Assembly (NCBI RefSeq): GCF_018350175.1
Contig: NC_058368.1
Coordinates: 191,582,001-191,646,000 of the forward strand
DNA: 64,000 nt
Source of the DNA: Felis catus
Taxonomy: Eukaryota
Direction: 5' to 3'
Position 1 is the stretch's first letter; each line of letters starts with the position of its first letter. Positions 49,777 to 62,140 of this stretch are shown here, in pieces. The notes under the pieces were generated by a model. It saw nothing but the letters and a program-made list of their open reading frames with translations. It was not told where the DNA came from and made no database searches. Position numbers and translations under genes: made by a program.

Positions 49777-49998
49777 ATTTTATTAAAAAAATTTGTAACA
49801 TTTGCTCATTTTTGAGAGACAGAGAGACAGAGCACAAGTGGGGGAGGGGCAGAGAGAGAGGGAGACACAGAACCCAAAGCCGGCCCAGGCTCTGAACTGT
49901 CAGCACAGAGTCCGACCTGAGGCTCGAACCCATGAACTGTAAGATCATGACCTGAGCCAAAGTTGGACGCTCAACTGACTGAGCCACCCAGGTGCCCC
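49777..49998 (-). mobile_element. CanSINE
   Basis: TSD AATACACATTTT. Confidence 0.95.
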
Positions 49999-52711
49999 AA
50001 TACACATTTTAGAAATAAAGGCTAAAAGTAAATGAACCAGGCATCCAGTTTAATTAAGAAACCAGGACTAAGTTTGGATATTTTTAGGAATTCAAGTTTA
50101 CCTTAACATTAAACTTTGATTGATGTAGTTGATTATATTGACCCATTAAAAGAGAAAAATCATGTGAGTCATCTTAATAGATGCAGGGGAAAAAAAGATG
50201 AGATAAAATTCACCATCTGCTCTGAACCCTGGAAACGTTCTATTAAGTGAAAAAAGAAACAAAAGCCTCCATTATTGTGTGTCCAGAAGAGGCAACTCCA
50301 TAAAGACAGAGAGTAAATGAGTGGGTGTCAGGGGATAGGAGGTGGGGATGGTAGGGAGTGACTGTTAACAGGTGGAAGGTTTCTTTCTGGAGTGATGAAA
50401 TGTTCTAGAACAGTGGTGGTGGTTGCACAATACAGTGACTATAGTAAAAAACCACCAATTGTACACTTTAGAATTGTGAACTTTATGCGGATTGTATCTA
50501 AAATATGTCCTGAAGTAATGAACTACTGATACAACTAACACATGGATGAATATTTATACTGATGAAAAGAAGCCAGACATAAGAAAGTACAACCTATACA
50601 ACTCTAGTCATGTTAAATTCTAAGTACAACAACAGAAATCAGTGACTGCCTAAGGCAATAGGACACAGGGAAACTTTCTAGGGTGAACAAACTAAAATAA
50701 ATTAAACTCAACATCCACTCATACTAAACCCTCTCAGCATAGAGAAGTGGAAAGAACTTCCTTAGCCTGATAATACATATCAACAAACAAACAAGCAAAG
50801 ATTTAAGACAATGGTAAAATGTTAAAGTATTCCACTTAAGATCAAATTTTGGCCATCACCACACTCATTCAATATGGTGCTGAAGATCCTATCCTATGTA
50901 CTGAGGTGATAAAAAGCATAAAAGGTATACAGAAGCATGAAAATTGAAAAGCAAACAAACAAAACACTTAGTATTTGAAGATAACATTATTGTCTCAAGG
51001 GAAAACATCAATAATCCACAGATACATTATTCTGATTAATTAAAGAGTAATATATTTCACCCAAGTCCTATAATGGATGTCCATTTCTTCAGTCAACCAC
51101 TAGAAAAGAAAAGCTTGGACTCGGAGAATTCCACTTTGATAATTCAACCAAAGATATTCATAGCATTGATGGTTTGTAAAATCCTCCGTACCTTTATCCA
51201 TCCTGACGGCAGGTCATGGCAGGCTAGGAAGTCATAGTTTCAGAACTCTGAAACTGTAACTTTTATCACAATGAAATCTAATTCCATCTTCATTGGTCAT
51301 TTTCTCTGCATGGAGACATGAGTGGGGCCAAGGTGGGGCCAAGAGCACCAAGGCTTTTGTAGGGTGGACAGAACCTCCTACATTTGAACTCAGGAATTTG
51401 TTCTTTCCCTCTTTGGTGCCTGTGGAGCTCTTTGCTGCACAGTCTTTGTAGAGCAGGATGCAGGAGGAAATGATTCCCTTGGAATAGCTATGATTTTAGG
51501 ATTATATAGGATCCTTAGAGGTCACAGGAAGATAAAACTGTGTTAAAATGATGTCAAGGTTCTGATTTAACCCCAGGAAACCCAAAGATTTCCAAGTGCT
51601 TGAACAGCTTTATGTGTAACTAACTATCCATTTAACTTGGTGTAAATTCCCATGCAGAGAGAGACTGCATTTTTTGCAGGCATCTGTGATTATCATGATT
51701 CTTCTACCAGGGGTAAAAGCAGACTATCAGCAACATAAGCATACAAACTGAAAAGAGGAAAAATATATAATTTAGGCTTTTAAAAAATCCTTATATCATT
51801 TAGTCAATTCTGAATCAGTCTTTTAGTTAGTAATGGTACAAAATCCTACATTTTAAAAGATGAATGAATCCTTAAGCGGTCCAACTTGCAACATTCAATC
51901 TAACCTCTGCTTTTAATAGGTGAGGAAATGGATTACAAAGTGGATAGTTTAAATGAGCAGAATGAACAAGTGAATTTGGTGGTGAACTGGGGAGCATATG
52001 TCTCACCCAAAGGAAGCAGTATTTACCCAGCCACTGCTGACTGTTGCATTAAGGAATTGTGGACCCTGTGGGGCCACATCTTCTGAGGTTTTCATGATAA
52101 ACCAGAAATCAAGATTTTCTTATAGAATCCTTTGACTTTTACAGGTTGCCTCAAACTGTCCCCCACAAATACTGCACAGGTTATAACAAAGACATCTGTC
52201 ACTTATTCGTCAGAACTCGTATGTAAGCTGCCATTTTGTGGCTTCAGCACAAAATGACTGGTCCAGTTAGGCAGTACAAGATAAAAAATCCAGTCTCTCC
52301 AAAGAAGACAAAATGGTCAAAAGGTACATGAAAAGGTTCTCCACGCAACTAATTATTGGGGAAACACAAGTCAAAACCACAGTGATACATCACCTCACAC
52401 CTGTTAGAATGGCCATTACAAAAAAGACAAGAAAATAAGCTTTGGATGTGGAGAATGAGGAGCCCTTGTGCAATACTGGTAGGGATGTAAATTGGTACAG
52501 CCACTCTGTAAGCATGGAGGTTCCTCAAAACATTAAAAATAGAATTACCATATGATCCAGCATTTCCACTTCTGGGCATTTATCCAAAGGAAACCAAATT
52601 ACTGTCTTAAAAAGACCTTCACCCCATGTTCACTGCAGTATTATATACAATAGCTAAGACATAGAAACAACCTAAGTGTCTGTGGATGGATGAATGGATG
52701 AAGAAAATGTG

Positions 52712-52739
52712 GTGTGTGTGTGTGTGTGTGTGTGTGTGT
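52712..52739. repeat. (GT)n microsatellite
   Basis: Direct reading. Confidence 0.95.
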
Positions 52740-53289
52740 AGTGGAATATTGTTCAATCACAAAAAAAAAAAAAAAAAAAAGAAGAAGAAAATCCTGCCAT
52801 TGGCAACCATATGGATGGAACTTGAGGGCTAAGGTCCTTATTTACTTATTGACTTATTTCACTTACGCTAAGTGATCTAAGTCAGACAAAAGGTGTCTAC
52901 TGTATGATCTCACTTATATGTGGAATCAAAAAAATTAACCAGACTCTTGGATACAGAGAACAGATTGGTTGGTGATTGCCAGAGGTAGGGGTGGGTGAAA
53001 TGTGTGAAGGTGCTCAAAAAGTACAAACTTCTAGTTATAAGATAAATAAGTCCTGGGGATGTAATGTACAGCATGGTGACTGTACTTAACAATGCTGTAC
53101 TGTAAGTTTGAAAGTTGGCTAGAGAGTAGATCTTAAAGCACTTATCACACAAAAAACATTTGTAACTATGTGTGTGGTGATGAATGTTAACTTATCGTGG
53201 TGATCACTTTGCAATATATACATAGGCTGAATCATATTTGTACACCTAAAACAAATACAATGTTATATGTCCATTATATCTCAATTCAA

Positions 53290-53494
53290 ATTTCTTTTAA
53301 TGTTTATTTATTTTAGAGAGAGAGACAGACAGACAGAGAAAGAGAATGTAAGCGGAGGAGGGGCAGAGAGAGAGAGGGAGACACAGAATCTCAAACAGGC
53401 TCAGAGCCTGACGCGGGGCTCAATCCAACAGACTGCGAGATCACGACCTGAGCCAAAGTTGAATGCTTAACTGACTGAGTCACCCAAGCACCCT
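53290..53494 (-). mobile_element. CanSINE in L1 tail
   Basis: TSD TATATCTCAATT. Confidence 0.92.
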
Positions 53495-53585
53495 CAACTA
53501 TATCTCAATTAAAAAAAAAATCCAGTCTCCCAGATCCCAGATCAGGGCTCTCTTGGCCCCAGATTGCCTGTCTGGAACATATCAG

Positions 53586-53688
53586 ATTTTATTTTATTTT
53601 ATTTTATTTTATTTTATTTTATTATTTATTTATTTCAGAGAGAGAGCATACACAAGAAGGGGAGAGGGTCACATTGCGGGGGCGGGGG

Positions 53689-53734
<46 letters not shown>

Positions 53735-53855
53735 CTTAAGCAGGTCCAGGTTTAGCATAGAGCCTGACATGGGGCTCTATCCCTGACCCTAGGATCATGA
53801 CCTGAGCCGAAATCAAGAGTCAGATGCTCAACCAGTTGAGGCACCCAGGCTCTCC
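53586..53855 (-). mobile_element. CanSINE with (ATTTT)n tail and (GA)n
   Basis: Degenerate TSD CTGGAA(C/T)ATA..A.ATTTT. Confidence 0.92.
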
Positions 53856-54637
53856 TGGAATATACCATATTTTAAATTCATCATTGTTTCCCTTATTATA
53901 TGTTTCCTAAGTGAGATATGCCTTCCTTATATTTTAACATAGAAAATCTAAAATTGGGCAGGAAACCAAATAGGAAAGGAAAGAAAAAGAAAAAAAAATG
54001 TTGAGGAAAAGAAAATAATACTGTATTGAATTACAATTAGCAAAGAAGTGTCTTATTTAATTTTCCATGTATTCAGAAATATAGAGCATATATTTCCAGA
54101 GAATGTTTTATATTTCCAGAGAATGTTTTGTATTTACAGCATGTCTGTCTAGTTATACGGCTGCAATATAATTGTTTTCCTGCTGAGAATTATGACAGTG
54201 AAGTTACTCTGGGTCCTATTACAGCTAATTATAGTCTTGCTCTGGAATTTAAGAGCTCCCCTGCAAAGCTCCCTGCTCTCCAGTCCTGCACAATGGACCT
54301 GGAGAGCATTCTGATCCTACATGTGATTGTCATTCTCAGGCTTCTGCTAGAAATATGACATTTGGATGTTTAAGGGTATAAATTACCAGAAATGAGTCCA
54401 AGTTGATTAGAATAATTCTGACTTTCAATTATATGAAGAAGGAACACCATTGCGTGAAGAAAAAAAAAGTGTATATATTTCAAACCAGGTCCAGAGAACT
54501 ATAGCTACAGACTCTCCCTGGCCTGATGTCTGAAAAGAATGCAAGAGTGTGAGCTGGATAGACAACTCCTCTGGGCTATCATAGCTTGAGCAGAAGCACG
54601 AAAGTCCACCACAACAAAGATAAAAATATTTCTCTTT

Positions 54638-54846
54638 AATTTTTTGTTAATGTTTATTTTTGGGAGAGAGAGAGAGACAGAGCGTGAGCGGAGAGGGCCA
54701 CAGAGAGGAAGATACAGAATCCGAAGCAAGCTCCAGGCTCTGAGCTGTCAGCACAGAGCCTGACGCGGGGCTCGAACCACGAACTGTGAGAACAGGACCT
54801 GAGCTGAAGCCGGACGCCCAATTGACTGAGCCCCCCAGGTGCCCCC
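54638..54846 (-). mobile_element. CanSINE
   Basis: 17-bp TSD AAAATATTTCTCTTTAA. Confidence 0.96.
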
Positions 54847-55813
54847 AAAATATTTCTCTTTAACTGATAAACTTCCTTGGGCTCAGAGTTGAAAGACTGG
54901 GGTTCTTTCCAGCAATATAACTTCCTACTCTGGGTATATTTTAACAAATCATTCAACTTACTTAAGCTTTATTTTAATTGTTGGTAAAATGGAGAAACTA
55001 ACGCCTGCCTTGCATACATTCCAAAATTTCTGTGAGGATGAAATTAGATGGTGAGGTCTAATTAGATTAAGATCGCATGCCTCTTTTGGCTACTACTGCC
55101 TGAGAAACTGGGAGGTTACCCAGCATTTTGAGAAGCAAGATGTGTGCAATTAGACCCTGCTAGTCTTGGGAAACTCAAAGTGATGAGGGCCATAAGTGCT
55201 TGCTGGAGTTGTTGTAAGGGTTAAATGACACCGTGCACAGTAAGTGCTCTGCTCCGTATCTGGCTCATAGAAAGGCCTTAATAGTCTGCCTCTTCTGCAT
55301 TCATATTATATTGAATTTATTGAAGCTTTTTTATTGTTATTACCAGAGGGCTATTTGCATACACAGGACATCAACTAAGATCAGCACTTCTATTTTTATG
55401 GTTGTGATCATTGATTTTTACCAAAAATTGAAAGATTGTTGTTAAAAAATCAAACAGTGCAACAAAAAGCTTCCTGGGTTTTAGAAACAAAGCGAAGAAG
55501 CTAAGTTCAGAATGTCTGATCTTGAAAGGGTCTGTTTTACTGTCTCCCCCAGAGCACATCAGAAGAGGAATGAGACAATAAGGAATTTGGAAATTTTTAT
55601 CTCGAAAAATCCTTTGTGGCAGGGAGGGATACTTCTCCCCTCAGTTTTCTAATCCATGCCTTTTATAACATTTATTTCTTAATTTTATCAAAGGATTTTT
55701 CTATATGACTTAGAAGGTGAAGAAGACCACAAGGTTTAGACATGGAAGGAGCTGTCTCCTGCTCTGTCCTTGCTCCCCTCCAGTTCCAGCTACCTACAGG
55801 TGGCCACTTCCAA

Positions 55814-56034
55814 ATTTTTTTTAATTAATTTATTTTGAGAGGGAGAGAGAGAGAAAGAGAGGGAGAGAACGAGTGGGGGAGGGGCAGAGAAAGAGGGAGA
55901 GAGAGAGAATCCCAAGCAGGTTCCACACTGTCAGCACAGAGCCTGATGTGGGGCTGGATCCCACAAACTGTGATCATAACCTGAGCTGAAATCAAGAGTT
56001 GGAGGCTTGACCGACTGAGCCACCCAGGCGCCCC
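55814..56034 (-). mobile_element. CanSINE
   Basis: TSD CAC(C)TTCCAAATTT. Confidence 0.95.
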
Positions 56035-56044
56035 CACCTTCCAA

Positions 56045-56944
56045 ATTTCTTAGGCGTCTCTTCTGTTATTTATCTTCCACATTCTAAATAACATGCTTAT
56101 ACTGCCATTCTTGATTTATTTCCCATTTCTATATTGACCTCCTACTGTACAGTATGTCCTGAAACTCTTCTTCCCACCCCAACCCCCTTTCCCCATCCTC
56201 CCAGTGAAATCACATAATACTTTTTAGGCTAATCAATAGTAGTGTTCACATCAATATGACTCCAGTTGTTTGTTCACAGCTGTACTACACAGTGTTTCGT
56301 AGAACTCCTTGCTGATATAAAATTTGTGTTCCAAGAGTTAATAATGGGTGCTTTCATTTGTTTGCTTATCTTTTTACATATGTATTTCCAGCTCCGCTCC
56401 CAAATCTCTGATCCTCAATAGAGTCAATAACATCAGTAAATCTATCCAATTCATTGTTTTCTTTTGCTCTTGGAGATAATGGCTCTGAGAACACCCCCCC
56501 CCCCCAACTAAGTTCTAATCTCAGCTGGTTCTTTTCGAAGCCTGCTGTGTAGATGGTGCCCTGTTTTTCTATTTTTTTTCCTTCCCCATCATCTGAGAAT
56601 TCTTCACACCTGTATTGAATCCTCTGCTTTGTTTCTTTTTCTTGATTTACTCTCTCATTTTGGGGAGCATGCTTTCAAATAGCTTCCTGACAAAAGGTGA
56701 TTGGTAGACAAATTCTTTGACAACTTGCTTCACTAAAAATATTGTTGGTTTACACAGTGACTCACTGCGTAGTCTCACTGGGTATACAATTCTAGCTTGT
56801 CAACCACTTCTGATGACAATTTTAAAAGTATTGTTCTATTGCCATCTAATTTGCAATTATGTTGGTGAGTAGTTTTAACACAAATCGTTCCCAGTCTCTT
56901 CCTGGAAGCTGAGAAAATGTCTCTTTATCCCCGGTGCTTGAAAG

Positions 56945-56992
<48 letters not shown>

Positions 56993-58140
56993 TGGTAATT
57001 GTTATGCTTGACACTCAGGGGAACTTCTAATCTGGAATATCAGGCACACTTTTTTTGGGGGGACAACCTTTCTATATTTCTTTTGTTATTTCCTCTCCTC
57101 AATGTATCTGTCTTCCCATTTGGAGTTCAGTGATGTCAGATGTTAGTCTTATTAAACTCTCCTACTTAGAAATCTTTTCTCATATTTTCTCTTTTTGTCT
57201 TAATTTATAGGAAAATCTCATAGCTTTACCTCAAAAAAGTCTTCTATTGAAATAATAATTTCAGCTGTTCTATTTTAAATTTGCATTACTTATTTTTTCT
57301 TCTTTGAATACTCTTTTATTTTTTAGATTTTTGTTTCATGGCTCCAATTCCTTATCTAAAAATTGTAGTGATGATTGGGTTTATTTCGGTTTTTGTCTGT
57401 TCTCTACCATGTCTCTGTTTTCTCTTACATTCTTTTTTTTTTTTCTGTGTTTTTTTTTTTTTCATGTTTTCATGTCTGGCTAACCTTGGTTGTTCAGCCA
57501 TACTTAAGAGATAAGCATTAAAAAGCTGATAGAAAACTACGTGTGACTGAGCAGAGCATTATAGGGTGAATAAGCAAGGGCCTTGAATTTCCTTGGGGGA
57601 CCTCTTGATGTCAGTACCACTTTATTTTTTTCATAGATAAGTTTTTCCAAGAGAAAGCCTCCACTCGCCTGCATGCATTATATAAGGCTGGTGCCAGCAT
57701 TCTGGAAACTTAATGGGTAAGAAAGTGGTAGAAATTCTCATGATGTCACCTATGCAGACATCCTGCTCTGTCTTTTCTGTACCTGATGTCCCAGGGGGAG
57801 AGAGACTTTCTGAACTAAAAAGCTCAAACTTCTTTCCTTCCAAGCTGGGAGGGAGTGAAAGATCTTCTGATCTGTCATAATTGTTCAGACTTTCCATCAA
57901 CCCCCTCACTTTAGCCCTATTCTGAATCACAAGCTTGAAGGATACAAGACGCTGTTAATTCCAGACTTTCTAGAACTCTTCAGCTTGAATCACACACTTC
58001 CCACCCCCAGCCTACATGGCAGAGAGGTTATAGCTTTCTCCACTCTGCTATGACACTTACCACTCATTTGTCCACTTTCCATCTTCCAAACTATGATCAA
58101 AGACTGCTAGAATCCCCTTTCCCATTGTCATTGTTGCAGG
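56045..58140 (-). mobile_element. HAL1-like (half-L1) element, decayed
   Basis: AAATAGCTTCCTGACAAAAGG..CTGGGTATACAATTCTAG..TTTTAAAAGTATTGTTCTATTG resembles antisense HAL1 ORF; no ORF2 remnant follows. Confidence 0.65.
56947..56991. repeat. (GT)n microsatellite
   Basis: Direct reading. Confidence 0.97.
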
Positions 58141-58159
58141 GATCTGTATCTTGTTTAGG

Positions 58160-58620
58160 TCTGTGTCAGCTCAGGTCCTCCGAGGAGCAGGGGACAAGAT
58201 AGAATCAGACCTGCAAGCAATGAGAGGAGACACCTGTAGAGGGTAAGGGAGAGGGAGAAATAGAGGAAGAGTAGGCGGGGAGAGCCTTTGAACTGTGCTG
58301 ATGTACTGACATCTCTGAAAAGAGAGGGGGAGGGCAGCAGGGGTAGGTAAGAAGATCACGGACATTGGTGAAGTTCTAACAGCCGATGGGGAACCTCCAG
58401 GCAGAGAAGTCCATAGAAGTCCTGCACTGGGCATAAACAGCCTGGCTCTACTTCCTTCACCACCCTCAGTCATTGCCAGGGAGCATCCCAGCAGGAATGT
58501 GGTCTCGGTGCCCATAATGTAGTGGGTCTGAAGGTACAACAGCTGGTACCTGTCAGCCAGTGACCCTGCTCACACCAGGTCCTCTGGATGGAGAGGAGAG
58601 TTGTGTACCTCCACTGCCAC
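58160..58620 (-). mobile_element. LTR16-like ERVL solo LTR
   Basis: TGTGTCAGCTCAGGTCCTCCGAGGAGCAG..GGGAGAGCCTTTGA..CTCAGTCATTG..ACCTCCACTGCCAC. Confidence 0.75.
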
Positions 58621-59052
58621 TAAAGTCAGTTGTGTTTTTATTTATTTGCCTTATTTAGCAATTTTTGTGTGATTTTACTTTTGGAAAGAGCAGAGAAAAG
58701 TCTCTGTGTTGAATGTATTCCACTGAAAGCCACTCAACTTTCAAAAAAGCCACTGAAGTTAGCAAGTGATAGGTAACTCACTTGAAATCACAATATGGCT
58801 CCAAGAATAGAATTACAATAGCCCAGCTAATGTCACATACTGGCCAACTAGCTCTCCAGAATTATATGTAGAGACCCCATGAAAAAGCTTACTATTTAAA
58901 AGAACAATTTTCAATGATCAGAAAACTGATATATTATTGGTAATTTCCATTTTTTTTTCCTAGCCCTTTCAGTGCGAGAAGACAGAGAAAGGAGGCTGTT
59001 TGGGGTCTAGAGGAAAACTTTGTTTTTATGAATATGCAACCATATTTCAGAG

Positions 59053-59389
59053 TGCAGTGGGATGAATATTTGTGTCCCCCACCAAATTCCCGCTCCCACA
59101 GTGTGATGGTGTAAGGAGGTGGGACCTTTGGGATGTGATTAGGTCATGACAGTAGAGCCTTCATGAATGGGATAGTACCCTTATAAAGAGACCCCAGAAA
59201 GTTCTCTAGTTCTCTTTCTGCAACAAGGAGTCAGCAGTCTGCAACCCAGAAGCGGGTCCTCACCAGAACCCAACCAAGCTGGCACCTGACCTTGGACTTC
59301 CAGCCTCCAGAACTGTGAGAAATAAATTTCTGCTATGTATAAGCCACCCGTCTATGGTACTTTGTTATAGCAGCCCGAGCTGAGATACA
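59053..59389 (+). mobile_element. MaLR solo LTR (MLT1A-like)
   Basis: TG..TGAATATTTGTGTCCCCC..CCTTATAAAGAGACCCCAG..GACTTCCAGCCTCCAGAACTGTGAGAAATAAA..GATACA. Confidence 0.92.
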
Positions 59390-61929
59390 GCACTTGGATT
59401 CCTTTGTTACTCTGAGAAAGAAGTGTTCTTCACTCTGACATGAGATGAAAGAGTTTTTATTTTAATTTTAGTTCTATGAGTAAAAAATTGAGAAAGTACA
59501 AATAAAGCAGAATCTTTATGTTACATTTATGTTAACCCTCCAACCCTTCCCTCACCAGGGGTAGCCATTTGTACAGAATATAATCTTTCTGACCATGTTT
59601 TAGTGTGTGTGTGTGTCTGACTTTCTGAGTGTATATATGTATCTCTCCATAGATATATATACACAAACACACAAATTATTGTTTCCCTGATTTTTTAAAC
59701 TATCGATCGTATCTACTGTAAGTATTTTTCTCTTTTTGTATAACAATAAGATTTGGAAATCTCGATGTGTCACTGCATACAGATTTACCTCATTCTTTTA
59801 TTTCTTGCATAATATTCCTCCACTTGTATTTACTCTAACATAGATCATTTAACTTAGAACATCAAAGATGTTCACAGATGTTAAATAAATATGTATAAAT
59901 GAATGAATGAATGAATGGATGGATGAATGAATACCAAAAGTGTTGTATACGATTCTGAAAAGATAAACTACATTGTTTTTGTCAGCTGACCTGATATTAA
60001 AAACACCAGCAGTATCACTGGATTCACAGGCCAGATCTTTTGTTTCTATTCCCTGTCAAGGGATCAGACAAAACAGTAATAGTAATCGTATCAGGGGGAG
60101 TGGAATGTAATTCAACAGACCTTGTCGTCAGAAGACAGTGATTCAAACCCTGGATCTTCCAGGACCTAATGATAAATTAGGCATGTCACATCTTTCCTGC
60201 GTGTCGATTTCGACATTTGTAATGGGGATAATAAACTCCGAGTTCAAAGGAAGAAAGTATGCGATAGTCTGTGTAAACTAAAGCACATTATGCAAATGTT
60301 AGTTTTTATTACCTCCTCAGGTGTCATAGTGATAAGTAAATAGTGGACTCATGAAATGTTTGATTCAGCCTGGACTTCAGCTGAATCAGTGCTTTCTCCC
60401 TCCGCACCTCTGATCCTCCTTGCCCCCCATCTTGACATGCTCTTGTCCCTAAGTGGCCGCACTGCGACGCAGCACTCCATGTATTGCCAACATGAAATGT
60501 CAATGAGCTTTCCAGATTAAAACATTAAAAATGGATGGGGAACTACTGTCATGCAAAGAAGCTAATAATACTCATGATTTTTTTTATAAGTAAGCTGTTC
60601 ATTTCAATAGCAACATGTATTACCATAATCAGTAAAAATGATTCTAATACCTCCTATTGGTTCACACAACAGGAAACAGGCGTTTTAATATCTATCTCAA
60701 TTTTTACGTGCTGAAGTACAACTGTGTTTATTCTACCAACATATTGCTCTAGTTTTTAAAAAGATATGAAACATACTGCACCAGCTGTAAGCCAATTTAT
60801 TATATGGAAGTTGCACAGTTATATAATTTTCTTTAAATGCCAGCTAATGTTCAGCAGGAAAGGGAGGCATTTGCTCTATGAAATGTTGAGATGTTTTAAC
60901 CTTCTTTTTTTTCCCACTCTCTCTCTCTCTCTCCTGCTTTGTCTCTGCCCACCCTGCCAACTTGGGAGCAATACTCTATCATCCTGTCAGCCTCCTGCCA
61001 GGGTGAAGCACATCTGTTACAGGATGCTAACTTCAACCCACAGCAGGCCAAACACAGTGCTGCTCTTGGCTATAGATTTAACCCCAACAGGCAACCACCA
61101 ATTCCGCATTATGCGGCACATCACACCGATGATAATCACCAACATTTTTCATAGCACTTTAGACGTGCATTCTTAGGGGTTCAGAGTTTGGATTTTGGAG
61201 TCAGGTTGCATGGGCTCACAATCTTATTCTTATTCAGACAAGATATCAAACTTCTCCATGCCCCTCATAAGGTTTTGAGAAGCACTGAGACAACCCAAGT
61301 AATGGGCTTTGCGCAGGGTCTGGCACACAGGTGGGACTGATTCACATTAGCTATGACTGCTACTACTACTATTGCTATTTAAGCCACAAACCAGCCCTGT
61401 GGGAGAAAAAAGGGGACCCCCCCCTTTTTCAGGAAAGAAAACAGACTCCTAAAGGCTAAATGGCCTGCCCAGTGCCTTCCCCCAGCAGTTGGCAGGAACC
61501 AAACAGACTCAAAGCCAGATCTGTTTTTGCTAGACTTGTGTGTTTTCCCCCTTAAAAGGGCCACTTCTCCAAGAAAGAGCAACAGTAAAGAATGACAAAG
61601 AAAAAAGGGAAGCAAAGTTGGAATCAGATTGAAGTCAGGATGACCACGCTGCCCAATCACCTCTTCCCCTACAAACTTATTCGATTTTGTGGGCCTTTAT
61701 TCCACTCATTGACTTACTAAAGACACTAGAAATTTTGTGGTGAACAGGAAAAACCCACGTACCCATACTCATGGGGTACACATGTCCTGGGGAGAGGGGA
61801 CAGATAGCCAACCGACAACAAACAAACAAACATGGCAAATTTGGATCATGATTAAGTGCTGTGGAATGTGTAATAAGAACAGTGTAATGTGACCTTAAGT
61901 TCAGGACTGAACATCAGGAGGTTGAGCCG

Positions 61930-62140
61930 GCATGGTATGAGTTGAGAGCATGGATGATGGCCAGAGCCAGACAATTTGGATCCAAATCCTGGCTTTATCA
62001 CTAACTGGCTGTGTGACCTTGGGCAAGTGACTTAACCTATCCGTGCCTCAGTTTCCCCAGGTGATTGTGAAGATTGAAATGAGTTAATATATACAAAGAC
62101 TGGTACAGCAAGTGTTCTGTAAGTGACAGCTAAATAAAAG
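61930..62140 (+). mobile_element. MIR
   Basis: GCTGTGTGACCTTGGGCAAGTGACTTAACCT..TGCCTCAGTTTCC. Confidence 0.85.

Larger units (their letters stand above)
48480..51050 (+). mobile_element. Patchwork of old L1 (L1ME/L1MB-like) fragments
   Basis: A-rich sense bias; ORF2 remnants (GATAAAGAGGG, CTCTGACCATAAT, ATCTTAATAGATGCAG); L1MB-like 3' piece at ~50225-50500. Confidence 0.7.
52297..53520 (+). mobile_element. L1MA9-like 3' end
   Basis: AGTTATAAGATAAATAAGTCCTGGGGATGTAATGTACAGCATGGTGACT; TSD AAAAAATCCAGTCTC. Confidence 0.92.

Noticed and set aside
51050..51500. Possible processed pseudogene on the minus strand
   Set aside because: Only short open stretches, no recognisable protein, no poly-A/TSD; more likely an ancient LINE remnant or unique DNA.
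4..56034. tRNA-like A/B boxes
   Set aside because: These are SINE heads followed by CT tracts, A tails and TSDs; no standalone cloverleaf tRNA seen.
1936..56037. Recurrent short ORFs such as MAQSVK..AQVMISQ..SLEPASDSVSPSLS and ERERER
   Set aside because: Translations of CanSINE bodies and GA/CT microsatellites, not a gene family.
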